IMG/VR virus record: IMGVR_UViG_3300044951_001887
Location: 5,168-69,167 of that record
Strand: one strand, 5' to 3'
Length of the DNA: 64,000 nucleotides
DNA from: a virus
Positions 38,727-48,034 of the stretch are shown here, piece by piece. Each line of letters begins with the position of its first letter. Positions within the stretch are counted from its first letter, which is position 1. Both the position numbers and the translations under genes were made by a program. A model generated the notes under the pieces. The model did not search any database. It had not been told where the DNA came from and saw only the letters and a program-made list of their open reading frames with translations.

Positions 38727-38920
38727 TTCGCTACGACTGAGTGGCCGACCAGCTTGGAAACAGAAATGGTCGGAACGAATTTTGTAGGTTGACGGCTGGC
38801 AAGGCTGTCTGGCTTTACCCGGTGAGATTTGCCAATCTCTAGGGCGTCAATGGCAACTACGAAGCGTCTTGCTCGGATGCAGCCCGAAAAGGCTTAGGCG
38901 TTAAACGTCAGAGCAACAAT

Positions 38921-38996
<76 letters not shown>

Positions 38997-39114
38997 TTGG
39001 TGAGTCACTTGGTTCTGCAATCGGCGCCTACCGATGAAATAAACCTTTGAGAGCGAAAGGCGTAGCAGCAGGTGACTCACCAATGGGGTTGTCCCGTTAA
39101 ATATTGGAGGTCAA

Positions 39115-39426
39115 ATGAAAACAATCAATCTGCTTGACGACGGCGATGTAATGGACCCGGAAGCTTGGTGTCGTCCGCTTAAATTGGTTTCGATGTCGGG
39201 CGGAATGTCCGATTCTTACTCGTTCGCCAGTCAATACTCAGGACGGCCTGAAAACAACGTGAAATGGTGCAAGGTCAAATATTGCATTGGCAGCGTGTGG
39301 TTCGGTCGTCCAATATCTGATTTCCACGATGCGATGCGTAGAATGGTTAGTTATGAATTCGTCTCTGGTGACATTCCGCACGATCATCAACTGGGTATGA
39401 ATAATTACCCGAAGCAAGTTTTCTGA
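39115..39426 (+). CDS. Hypothetical protein
   Basis: GGAGG RBS. Confidence 0.6.
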   Translation: MKTINLLDDGDVMDPEAWCRPLKLVSMSGGMSDSYSFASQYSGRPENNVKWCKVKYCIGSVWFGRPISDFHDAMRRMVSYEFVSGDIPHDHQLGMNNYPKQVF

Positions 39427-39431
39427 AATAA

Positions 39432-39508
39432 CCGCCGTTAGCTCAGTGGATTAGAGCAGGGAGCTTCTACCTCTCAGGTCGGCAGTTCGAATCTGTCACG
39501 GCGGACCA
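39432..39508 (+). tRNA. tRNA-Arg(TCT)
   Basis: CCGCCGT/ACGGCGG, GGGAG-CTTCTAC-CTCTC, CCA. Confidence 0.9.
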
Positions 39509-39594
39509 AAATACTTTACATTTGCCTCTGATAACATAAGTCATCAGTGACTATAATTCAGGTCAGTTTACGATTAACCACAGAAGGAGAGTTT

Positions 39595-39801
39595 ATGAAA
39601 TCGATTGTCTTATTGGCGTTTCTCAATGTTGGCGGTGTTGATTATCCGCAACAAACTCAGTTTTTTGACACGCCAGCCCAATGTGAAGCGAAAGCTGGAA
39701 TCTTCAAAAGGCGCGTTGAAAGCTTGAGTTCGCCGGCGCTGACGCTGAAAGCAAAGGCGAAGTGCCACGTCGTTACTGCGGAAGTCCAGGAGGGCGAGTA
39801 A
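39595..39801 (+). CDS. Small protein with a hydrophobic N-terminus
   Basis: AAGGAG RBS. Confidence 0.55.
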   Translation: MKSIVLLAFLNVGGVDYPQQTQFFDTPAQCEAKAGIFKRRVESLSSPALTLKAKAKCHVVTAEVQEGE

Positions 39802-39998
39802 TGCCTTTACTGTTTGACTACAAGTGTCCTGATTGCGGGCATTGGAAAGAAGAGTTGGTTGCCGTGTCTGACGCAATTATCGACTGCCCTCAGTGCGGTG
39901 GCTTGATGCAAAAACAACTGTCCGCGCCCGCTGAGTTCATCGGTAAGGGTCAGGGCTTTAACAAATCCGCGAATAACTATCGCAACAACCGTTACTAG
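39801..39998 (+). CDS. FmdB-like zinc-ribbon protein
   Basis: MPLLFDYKCPDCGH..CPQCGG..KQLS..KG.GF. Confidence 0.8.
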   Translation: MPLLFDYKCPDCGHWKEELVAVSDAIIDCPQCGGLMQKQLSAPAEFIGKGQGFNKSANNYRNNRY

Positions 39999-40074
39999 GA
40001 CAAACATGATCGAAGCAAAAGTTGCGTTTGTCATCTGCTTGTGATATGATCAGTCATCACTGACTGGATATATT

Positions 40075-40836
40075 ATGACTAGAAAGAAAATAGCCGAGTA
40101 TGTTTATACTGGAAAGCCCTGCAAAAATGGGCATATTGGACCAAGGTATAAAAACGGCAATTGCGTTGAGTGCCTTCTGAATAGAGAGCGGGAAAAGCAA
40201 CTTGATCCTCTCTTTGCGGAGAAAAAGAGAGACAGGGAGGCGTCTCGGTATAACGCCGATATTGAGAAATCAAGAGAAACGCAGAGAAAGCGAAGGTATT
40301 TGCAAAAGGATGAAATCAACGAACGCTTGAAGAAAAAGTACGCTACGAATGAGGCGTATAGAGAGGAACGAATAGAGCAGGTCAAAAAGTATAGGTTGCT
40401 TAATCCCGAAGCGGTTCGCCTATCTTTGAGAGGCTACCACGAAAAAAATCGCGAAGATAGAAATCAGAAGTCGAGAAGTTATAGGCTGCGCAATATTGAC
40501 AAAGTGTTAAAAGATGGAAGAATTTTTTCAAGAAATCATTACTTAATAAATAAGGAGTATTACTGGCTAAAGAAACAAAAGAGAAGGGCCGTGTGTTTGC
40601 GCGCCTCTCCGGCTTGGGCTGACGTTGAGGTTATGACTCAAGTGAAGAAGGATGCGAAAACAGCAACAAATGCACTCGGCATTCAGTTTAGTGTCGATCA
40701 CATGGTTCCACTTAGAGGCGTTGATTCGCAAGGGCAGCATATAGTTTGCGGTCTAAATTGGGAGGGAAACATGCAAGTAATACCGCTTTCCTCCAATAAA
40801 TCTAAGGGGAATCGTCATTGGGAAAACATGCCGTAA
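40075..40836 (+). CDS. HNH endonuclease
   Basis: YTGKPCKNGH..CVEC; PAWAD; VDHMVPL..VCGL..NMQV..N..K. Confidence 0.85.
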   Translation: MTRKKIAEYVYTGKPCKNGHIGPRYKNGNCVECLLNREREKQLDPLFAEKKRDREASRYNADIEKSRETQRKRRYLQKDEINERLKKKYATNEAYREERIEQVKKYRLLNPEAVRLSLRGYHEKNREDRNQKSRSYRLRNIDKVLKDGRIFSRNHYLINKEYYWLKKQKRRAVCLRASPAWADVEVMTQVKKDAKTATNALGIQFSVDHMVPLRGVDSQGQHIVCGLNWEGNMQVIPLSSNKSKGNRHWENMP

Positions 40837-40846
40837 AGGGGATTAA

Positions 40847-41695
40847 ATGATTGAAGTTAAAGTGATTAAAGACAGCGTTTCCGAAGCTGGAGTCAGGCTT
40901 ACGACGTTGCAGTTAAAGTTTCACCGATATATTTTGCCGGAATTTAATACACACAGGGTTTTTTCGCGGAACTTCAGTTCGTCCCGCGCAATCCCAGTGG
41001 CTCGTCTTTTGGGTCAGGTTTGGAGTAATCCAGCGATGCCTGTTTATTGGGGGCAAAACAAAGCTGGTATGCAGGCTTCCGGTGAGCTAACCGGTCTCAA
41101 GCGCAAGCTTGCCATTGGCCTATGGCGACTATCGGCAAAAGCCGCCTGTGCCGTCGCTTGGGGCATGATGAGGGCCGGGCTTCATAAGGGGTTTTCCAAT
41201 CGTGTATTGGAACCGTATGTCTGGGTAAATGGAATCGTGACCGCAACGGAATGGGACAACTTCTTCGCCTTGCGTGACCACGAAGCTGCCGCTCCTGAAA
41301 TTCAAGCGCTGGCTCGCGAAATGAAACGGGCAATGGATCAAAGCACGCCGCTTCTTTTGCATCGCGGTGAGTGGCACTTGCCCTATGTTGGTTTTAATGA
41401 AACGGAAGCTTTGGGTTTACCAATGGCGTGTAAGGTTTCGGCTGCTCGATGCGCTCGTGTTTCTTACTTGAGGCATGACGGTAGCTCTCCAAGTTACGTT
41501 GAGGACTTGAAACTGTACGAGCGCCTGGTTGGCTCGATGCCGATTCACGCTTCACCGGTCGAACATCAAGCAACGCCTGATATTTGGATTGAGCCGGACT
41601 GCATTCGCGCAGACTGGGAGAAACCGGATCTTCACGGCAACTTCAAGGGTTGGATTCAAAATCGCAAGTTGGTCGAATCCAGCTTCGGTTCCTGA
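40847..41695 (+). CDS. thyX: Flavin-dependent thymidylate synthase
   Basis: EFNTHRVFSRN..SSRA, NFFALR, ARCARVSY, HASPVEH. Confidence 0.88.
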   Translation: MIEVKVIKDSVSEAGVRLTTLQLKFHRYILPEFNTHRVFSRNFSSSRAIPVARLLGQVWSNPAMPVYWGQNKAGMQASGELTGLKRKLAIGLWRLSAKAACAVAWGMMRAGLHKGFSNRVLEPYVWVNGIVTATEWDNFFALRDHEAAAPEIQALAREMKRAMDQSTPLLLHRGEWHLPYVGFNETEALGLPMACKVSAARCARVSYLRHDGSSPSYVEDLKLYERLVGSMPIHASPVEHQATPDIWIEPDCIRADWEKPDLHGNFKGWIQNRKLVESSFGS

Positions 41696-41742
41696 GTTTT
41701 ACCTGTAAAATTCATTCATTACTGACATATCAAGGAGTTCAA

Positions 41743-42243
41743 ATGATTTTTCAACTCAAAATTCTGGACGAGCGTGGTCGTCCTACTCGTGGCTCAGCGA
41801 TGGCGGCAGGTTATGACGTTGTGGCCTGCTTGGATGAAAAGATCACAATTCGTCGTTACGACGCAGCGCGATTCATTCCTCTCGGCTTCGCTTGCTTCAT
41901 GAATGAGGCTGCTGTAGTTGGTTTCGTCCTGCCCCGAAGCGGATTGGGTCACAAGCAAGGTTTGGTTCTTGGCAACACTATTGGCGCGGTTGACGGCGAT
42001 TATCAAAATCAATGGTTCGCCTCCATCTGGAATCGCGGACAACAGGACGAAATCATCATCAATCCCGGCGACCGTATTGCTCAGGTTGTATTCATGCCGG
42101 TCATTCACCCGAACTTCCAAGAGGTTGAAGAATTCTCGGAAGTAACGGAGCGCGGCTTGGGTGGCTTTGGCAGCACTGGCGTTGGTGCTGCGAATGTTGT
42201 GCTCTTTCCGGGCGGCGGTCTGATGACGCCGCAAGTGCATTGA
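41743..42243 (+). CDS. dut: Trimeric dUTPase
   Basis: AAGYD, PRSGLG, GAVDGDY, GDRIAQ, RGLGGFGSTG. Confidence 0.95.
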   Translation: MIFQLKILDERGRPTRGSAMAAGYDVVACLDEKITIRRYDAARFIPLGFACFMNEAAVVGFVLPRSGLGHKQGLVLGNTIGAVDGDYQNQWFASIWNRGQQDEIIINPGDRIAQVVFMPVIHPNFQEVEEFSEVTERGLGGFGSTGVGAANVVLFPGGGLMTPQVH

Positions 42244-42857
42244 TCACGGGTTTGACAGGCTCGCATCGATCCGGGAAAACCACACTGGCTCGCGTCTTCG
42301 CTGAAAAGAACGCGCTTCAATTTATCGAAACGTCTACCAGTGCGGTATTCAAGGACATGGGCCTTGACCCGGCGTTGACTTACGATTTTGAAACGCGACT
42401 GACCGTTCAGGAAGAGATTCTAAAGCGGGCCGATGCCTTGTATGCGACCGTCAATACCAAGCCGGCAATCACCGATCGAACGCCGCTTGATATGCTTGCT
42501 TACACGATGTCTGAGGCGGTCGGCAACGCGGTTCCTGAGCGCTTACAGAGCCGTCTGGACAAATATGTGCGGGATTGCATTAGCGTGACGAACAAGCGCT
42601 TCTCCGCGATTGTCGTTGTTCAGCCGGGCATTCAGATCGTTCATGCCGAAGGTAAAGCGGCGCCAAACGTCGCCTACATGGAGCACCTGAATAGTTTGAT
42701 TCTTGGCTACACCATTGACGAGCGACTGAAGGTTCCACACTTCTACATTCCCCGCCGAACAGTGGATATGGAAGAAAGACTTGGCGCCTTGAAGTACGTT
42801 ATGAGTCGCGTTATCAGACGGGCGGAAGAGGAAGTAATGGGGGCATCGCTGCACTAA
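42240..42857 (+). CDS. P-loop nucleotide kinase-like protein
   Basis: GSHRSGKTT, TDRTPLD. Confidence 0.75.
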   Translation: MITGLTGSHRSGKTTLARVFAEKNALQFIETSTSAVFKDMGLDPALTYDFETRLTVQEEILKRADALYATVNTKPAITDRTPLDMLAYTMSEAVGNAVPERLQSRLDKYVRDCISVTNKRFSAIVVVQPGIQIVHAEGKAAPNVAYMEHLNSLILGYTIDERLKVPHFYIPRRTVDMEERLGALKYVMSRVIRRAEEEVMGASLH

Positions 42858-42960
42858 AAGGCAGTCTCGGGATAAGTCAGAAATGACTACAATATCCTGA
42901 GACCGTCTTGTATTGTTTGTTTGTAGCGCGAATGTTCGCGCAGTTCACAAGGAGAAAATC

Positions 42961-43518
42961 ATGGCATCTACCAAATCTCGTCGTCTTACGCAGGACATGC
43001 GTCTGGAAATTCTTCAAAGCGCTGTGACTAAAACCTTCGAAGAGCGCAAAGTCGCCTTGAGGGTTCGGCAAAACACTATCGCCAACAAGGTGCTCGATTA
43101 TGAAATCGGCGCAGAAAACCTCGTCAAAATGAAGGCTTTGCCGAATGAGTTTTTTCAAATAACCGGCAGCGTCGCGGTCTTACATAACTCCGACATGAGG
43201 GCGGTACGTCTGCCGATGACGGAGGCGCGTCGCGTTCCGGCATATCTGAATTACGGCACGATAACCTTAGACAAGAACAACGGCATGTGGAAGGAAATCA
43301 ATGCCGTCAACGTTGAGAGTTCAAGCATCGATGATGGAAAAAGGGAGCTTGAAGAAACGCTTGTCAAGTTTTTGGCCGGCTTCACTTTGGTCAGCAAACT
43401 TATCGAAGCTTGGCCCGAAGCTGAAAGTCACTTGCCGGACGAAGAAGATAAAAAGCATCTGCCGTCGCTTCGCGCCGAAGACTTGAATTCGATGATCGGC
43501 AAGTTCAGCAAGGTCTGA
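42961..43518 (+). CDS. Nmad5-like (nucleotide modification associated domain) protein
   Basis: RLT..MR..I..A N-terminus; KLIEAWPEA..LP C-terminus. Confidence 0.65.
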   Translation: MASTKSRRLTQDMRLEILQSAVTKTFEERKVALRVRQNTIANKVLDYEIGAENLVKMKALPNEFFQITGSVAVLHNSDMRAVRLPMTEARRVPAYLNYGTITLDKNNGMWKEINAVNVESSSIDDGKRELEETLVKFLAGFTLVSKLIEAWPEAESHLPDEEDKKHLPSLRAEDLNSMIGKFSKV

Positions 43519-43520
43519 TC

Positions 43521-43949
43521 ATGACTTACGAAGTGCCAGGTTATTCACCCAGAGAGGAACTTGACCGAAAGGTCATTACGACTCTTGAGTGGATGATCGC
43601 CAGTCATCAGCGCGGCGGACTTTCCGACGTTCAACTGTCTGTCGCCGCCGATGCGTTGTTCATGGCGACGGCGGGTTTGGTTGATAAGGACTTCATGGAA
43701 ATGATTTCTGGCGTGCAAGAGCTGGTGGTTGATATGCCGACGCCGTCCATTCGTCGGCATTTCGTAAACGACGACAAGACGCTCAGCCTTTCGTGGAAGA
43801 TTGGCGACGACGAATTCGTTATCACCAAATACGAATACGGCCAGGCAACCTACGGTCGAACCAGTAAACATGAAAGCGCGTTGATTGCCAGAGATTGCAT
43901 GGGCAAGTTCGCAAGTGGGCTGATCGAGAAAGGGTGGACTGAGATATGA
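43521..43949 (+). CDS. Hypothetical protein
   Basis: Operon-coupled ORF. Confidence 0.55.
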   Translation: MTYEVPGYSPREELDRKVITTLEWMIASHQRGGLSDVQLSVAADALFMATAGLVDKDFMEMISGVQELVVDMPTPSIRRHFVNDDKTLSLSWKIGDDEFVITKYEYGQATYGRTSKHESALIARDCMGKFASGLIEKGWTEI

Positions 43950-44260
43950 GTTGTCATTGTCACGACGATTATTTGTGCGGCGAACACGCCGAAGAATTAC
44001 GCGCCGAATTAACAAAATGCAGAGCGGAGCTTTCTAAATGGACTGATGTGTTTGGTCATTTGGGTACGCCGGATCAAGTCGGTAATCTGTGGCATGACCT
44101 GAATAACGGCAAGCACTTGAAAGACCACGAAATTCGCGAAATGATAAACAGCCTGCGTGATATTGCCTGTCGGTTTCACAATCACCAATCGCTACGCGAG
44201 AGAATAGCGCATGTGGTTCTTGACGCGATGAAACGAAATGCCAGTAACGATAAGAACTAG
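43946..44260 (+). CDS. Hypothetical protein
   Basis: ATGA overlap. Confidence 0.5.
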   Translation: MSCHCHDDYLCGEHAEELRAELTKCRAELSKWTDVFGHLGTPDQVGNLWHDLNNGKHLKDHEIREMINSLRDIACRFHNHQSLRERIAHVVLDAMKRNASNDKN

Positions 44261-44543
44261 GTTTATTGCCTTTCACAAGGCAAACCCAGACATCTACGAT
44301 TTGTTTGAGCGTTTTACGCTTGAAGCAATCGACAGCGGAATGCCAAAAGTTGGCTCGAAATTCATCTTTGAGCGCATACGTTGGGAAATACTGGTCGGAA
44401 CAAAGGGCGCTGGATATTGCGTGGCGACAAAGCGCTTGCTGAAGTTGAATAACAATTTCACCGCATGGTATGCCAGACTTTTTATGGCGAAGAACAGAAT
44501 GCACATTGGCGTTTTCGAACTTCGCGTAGTCAAATCAAAATAG
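44238..44543 (+). CDS. Conserved phage-type hypothetical protein
   Basis: FH..NP..Y..F..ERIRWE..LNNN..YAR. Confidence 0.6.
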   Translation: MPVTIRTRFIAFHKANPDIYDLFERFTLEAIDSGMPKVGSKFIFERIRWEILVGTKGAGYCVATKRLLKLNNNFTAWYARLFMAKNRMHIGVFELRVVKSK

Positions 44544-44645
44544 GTTCGATCAAAAGTTGTCACCCCAATGACAGCGTCTTAAACTATGTAAGTCAGCAGT
44601 GACTATAATTATTTAGCAGTTCAACCAACCATGAAGGAATCAAAA

Positions 44646-45020
44646 ATGAATCAATCGGGTATTGCTATGAGTAGCTCCATCAACGCCACCGTCAGTGACG
44701 TTCGCACTATTGATGAATTGGCCCAAGTTACGAGTCGCTTCGGCAAAATTGCCAAAGCTGACATTTCCGGAGCCGTCAGCAACCTGGCCGTTCAAGTCGG
44801 TCTTCTGTCTGCTAATTCGCTACTTGGTGATGATCGAAGCGAATACGTCGAAAATATCGCCGATGTCGTCATTACCGCGATGGTTCTCGCGGCGCTTGTC
44901 GGTCTTGACGGTGAAGATGTTTCGGCGGTGATCGAGCGGCGCTTGGCTGAGCAAACCACTCAAGTCTTGCGTGATGCTTTCACTGATTTGCTGGCTGATC
45001 GCGGTGCGGTGGTAGCGTAA
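44646..45020 (+). CDS. Degenerate MazG-like helical protein
   Basis: ENIADVVITAMVLA resembles the MazG E.AD motif. Confidence 0.45.
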   Translation: MNQSGIAMSSSINATVSDVRTIDELAQVTSRFGKIAKADISGAVSNLAVQVGLLSANSLLGDDRSEYVENIADVVITAMVLAALVGLDGEDVSAVIERRLAEQTTQVLRDAFTDLLADRGAVVA

Positions 45021-45310
45021 TGAAAGTCACTCTCCACAAATCCAGCGACGGCGTGCTGCATGAAACCTACGCCGAATTCGCCGCTGCTGAAGCGCGACTG
45101 AAGATGAAGCCGCTGTTGACGGCACTCGTCGACGCCGAGACGAAGTCTTATGATGAAGGTGGCGTATTTCAAGCGGACGACAGAGGTGAACCCGTCCTCT
45201 ACGTCGATGATGTTGTTGAATTCATCGCGGCAAACGCCGATGCGATTCGCACCATTCTCAACGACGCCACTGTTGTTCGTCGCGGCCGTAAACCTGCGGA
45301 GGTGAAGTAA
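45020..45310 (+). CDS. Hypothetical protein
   Basis: TAATG coupling. Confidence 0.55.
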   Translation: MKVTLHKSSDGVLHETYAEFAAAEARLKMKPLLTALVDAETKSYDEGGVFQADDRGEPVLYVDDVVEFIAANADAIRTILNDATVVRRGRKPAEVK

Positions 45311-45522
45311 TGGCGGAACGTCGTCGCGAATCAATCGGGATGTTTCCATTTGCCGTTTTGCTCTTTTGCATATTGACGGCAATGATTCTCGCTGGGTTCG
45401 GCTGGGCAATGAACATCGTCGAAATCTTCAATTCGAATTTCGAACCGTTCACCGGCGAGTTGGCAGTTCGTTTGATTGGCGTCGTCGTCTTCCCCATCGG
45501 CGTCATCATGGGTTACATCTAG
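45310..45522 (+). CDS. Small membrane protein (2 TM)
   Basis: Two hydrophobic segments; GGAGG RBS. Confidence 0.65.
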   Translation: MAERRRESIGMFPFAVLLFCILTAMILAGFGWAMNIVEIFNSNFEPFTGELAVRLIGVVVFPIGVIMGYI

Positions 45523-45531
45523 GAGGGCAGT

Positions 45532-46722
45532 ATGAGTGAGTTTTCATGTTCAGTGGTTCGGGTGAAGATCGTGCCACACCCCAACGCCGATTCGATTGAA
45601 ATCGCTCAAGTTGGCGACTATCAGTCCATCGTCAAGAAGGGCCAGTTTCAAGATGGCGATTTGGGCATCTACATTCCCGAGCAGGCGGTCGTTCCTGAGT
45701 GGCTGCTGAAGGTGATGGGCATGTGGGACGACGACCGCAAGAAGGGCGGTTTGGCGGGCGGTGCGGGCAACCGGGTCAAGGCGAAAAAAATCAGGGGCAT
45801 CGTTTCACAGGGTTTGATGCTGAACTTTGCGGACGATTGCGGACTGAAGCTGCTCCCGGCTCCCGGTGAGCATCCTGAACTTGGCGTGTGTTACGACTAT
45901 GTGGCGTTTCCCGACTTGGCCGAAGGTCAAAACTTCGCTGAATACCTCGGCATCGTCAAGTACGAACCGTCGTTGCCTTCTCACATGCGTGGACGCATCA
46001 TCGGCGCCGCGTTCGAAGACACCCACAATTACGACTTCGACAACCTGAAGAAAAAGCCAAGTTTGTTTGATGATGGCGAAGAAGTCGTCATTACCGAGAA
46101 GATCCACGGTACTTTGATTCAGGTCGGCGTCATGCCAGCGAGTCGCGTCAACGAGAAGTATTACGAGGGCCGCGTCGTCATCTCCAGTAAGGGTATGGGC
46201 GGCAAAGGCTTCGTTCTGGATCACAACGACGAAACCAACATCTACGCCCAAGCTGCCAAGAAGCACGGCTTGCTGGACAAGATGCTGACTTTGGCGAACA
46301 TGGCCGACGTCTATGACATGCCGGTGTTCTTGATCGGTGAAGTTTTCGGCAGAACGATGGGCGGTGGCGTTGTTCAGGACTTGACCTATAACGACGAAGC
46401 TTTGGCTTTTCGGGCTTTCGATATGTGTATTGGCAATCGCGGTAAGGAAACTTACCTCGGTGCGGACTCCTTCGACGTTCAGTGCGCCGTCATGGAAATT
46501 TCGACCGTGCCGATGCTGTATCGCGGCCCGTACTCGAAGGCGGTGGTATTGGAACATACTGATGGCAACACGACGCTGACCGACAAGAAGCAAATTCGCG
46601 AAGGCGTGGTGGTGAAGTCGGCTTTCGAATCCAAGAGCGCTCACTTCGGTCGCAAGATCGCCAAGAGTGTGTCCGATGCCTATCTGTTGCGGTCGGTAAA
46701 GGATGCGACAGAATACGCATAA
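45532..46722 (+). CDS. RNA ligase, DRB0094/Rnl2-like, with an N-terminal OB domain
   Basis: PHPNADSIE, TEKIHGT, GEVFG, FD, REGVV, KSVS..YL. Confidence 0.9.
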   Translation: MSEFSCSVVRVKIVPHPNADSIEIAQVGDYQSIVKKGQFQDGDLGIYIPEQAVVPEWLLKVMGMWDDDRKKGGLAGGAGNRVKAKKIRGIVSQGLMLNFADDCGLKLLPAPGEHPELGVCYDYVAFPDLAEGQNFAEYLGIVKYEPSLPSHMRGRIIGAAFEDTHNYDFDNLKKKPSLFDDGEEVVITEKIHGTLIQVGVMPASRVNEKYYEGRVVISSKGMGGKGFVLDHNDETNIYAQAAKKHGLLDKMLTLANMADVYDMPVFLIGEVFGRTMGGGVVQDLTYNDEALAFRAFDMCIGNRGKETYLGADSFDVQCAVMEISTVPMLYRGPYSKAVVLEHTDGNTTLTDKKQIREGVVVKSAFESKSAHFGRKIAKSVSDAYLLRSVKDATEYA

Positions 46723-46783
46723 CTCTTGACAAGGTAAGTCATTCATGAGTTAATGCGTATCTGACGTATTTTTTGAGAAAAGC

Positions 46784-47410
46784 ATGGAACAGAAACAATC
46801 TTTGAAGAAAGATGGAAGTGTCGATAGAAGAACTACCCGGAAGGCAAATTTTCTTCCGGGTATGTTTTTCGACCCAACAAAGGCAAAGCGCGTCGAGGTA
46901 ATTCGAAGTTCTGCCGCCCGCCCGTGGAAGGTTTACGTGTATGACTGCATAAAGTGCGGCGAGAATGAAATTCGTCTGAACTTTGGCGCACTTTCCACTT
47001 CGCAGGGAACGTGCCGATCTTGCGCCGCAAAAAAGCGCCCTTATGAGTACATTTTTGGCGCATTGAAGGCGAGCGCAAGAATCAAGAAACAACCTGTATC
47101 TCTGACGTATGAGGAGTTCGTTGAGTTTATCTCCACTGAGGAGTGTCATTACTGCGGTAGTCACATCGACTGGAGACCACACGCCGTCGGCGAAAACTAC
47201 CCAAAGGGTTACTACTTGGATAGAAAAGACAATGCGTTGGGGTACTCGAAGGACAATTGCGTTCCCTGTTGTACGTCATGCAACTTCATACGCCAAGACA
47301 AATTGACGCATGAGGAAATGAACCAATTGCGCCCTGCTTTAGAGGGGATCATGAGAAGGCGTCATTTGACGGAATTAGCGAAATCGGTAGACGCTACTGA
47401 GTTCACCTGA
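46784..47410 (+). CDS. HNH-like endonuclease
   Basis: CHYCG, LDRKDN..GY..DNCVPCC..CN. Confidence 0.85.
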   Translation: MEQKQSLKKDGSVDRRTTRKANFLPGMFFDPTKAKRVEVIRSSAARPWKVYVYDCIKCGENEIRLNFGALSTSQGTCRSCAAKKRPYEYIFGALKASARIKKQPVSLTYEEFVEFISTEECHYCGSHIDWRPHAVGENYPKGYYLDRKDNALGYSKDNCVPCCTSCNFIRQDKLTHEEMNQLRPALEGIMRRRHLTELAKSVDATEFT

Positions 47411-47492
47411 TCCTGAGTTGATGCTTTATCATGTTGTTTCAGTCAGTAGTGATTGAGACAACATCAATAATCCATCGAACAGCGAGGTAAAT

Positions 47493-48032
47493 GTGGAATT
47501 TATAGTTTTAGATACCGAGACAACTGGCCTTCATCAAGAGAAGGGCCATCGCATCGTTGAAATCGCTTTGCTGCGTTATGACCTTGAGTCCAGAAAATTG
47601 CTCGACTCTTGGGTCAAGCGTATCGATCCAGAGCGACCTATCGATCCCGGCGCTCAAGAAGTTCATGGCATTGCTTACGAGGATCTGGTCGGTTGTCCCA
47701 AGTGGGAAGAGTTGGCGGGTGAAATCAGTCGTCGCATGGACTCGTGCGACTTGCTGGTGGCTCACAACATGGGATTCGATGGCCCGTTCATCGGGTTGGA
47801 ACTGAGTCGCGTCGGCGTCATGGTTCCGCGCACCGATACGTTCTGCACGATGGAAAACGCCCGCTGGGCTTGCCCTGATGGCAAGTTACCGAAGCTGATG
47901 GAGGTGGCTTTCGCGCTACAAGTCCCGTATGACGCGTCCGCCGCTCATGCTGCGTCATACGATGTCTCGATTACTGCGGAGTGTTTCTTTCGCGGTTTAG
48001 AGCGCGGGTTTTATCAATTACCAAAGGGTTAA
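47493..48032 (+). CDS. DnaQ/DEDDh 3'-5' exonuclease
   Basis: LDTETTG, AHN..FD, H.A.YD. Confidence 0.9.
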   Translation: MEFIVLDTETTGLHQEKGHRIVEIALLRYDLESRKLLDSWVKRIDPERPIDPGAQEVHGIAYEDLVGCPKWEELAGEISRRMDSCDLLVAHNMGFDGPFIGLELSRVGVMVPRTDTFCTMENARWACPDGKLPKLMEVAFALQVPYDASAAHAASYDVSITAECFFRGLERGFYQLPKG

Positions 48033-48034
48033 AC

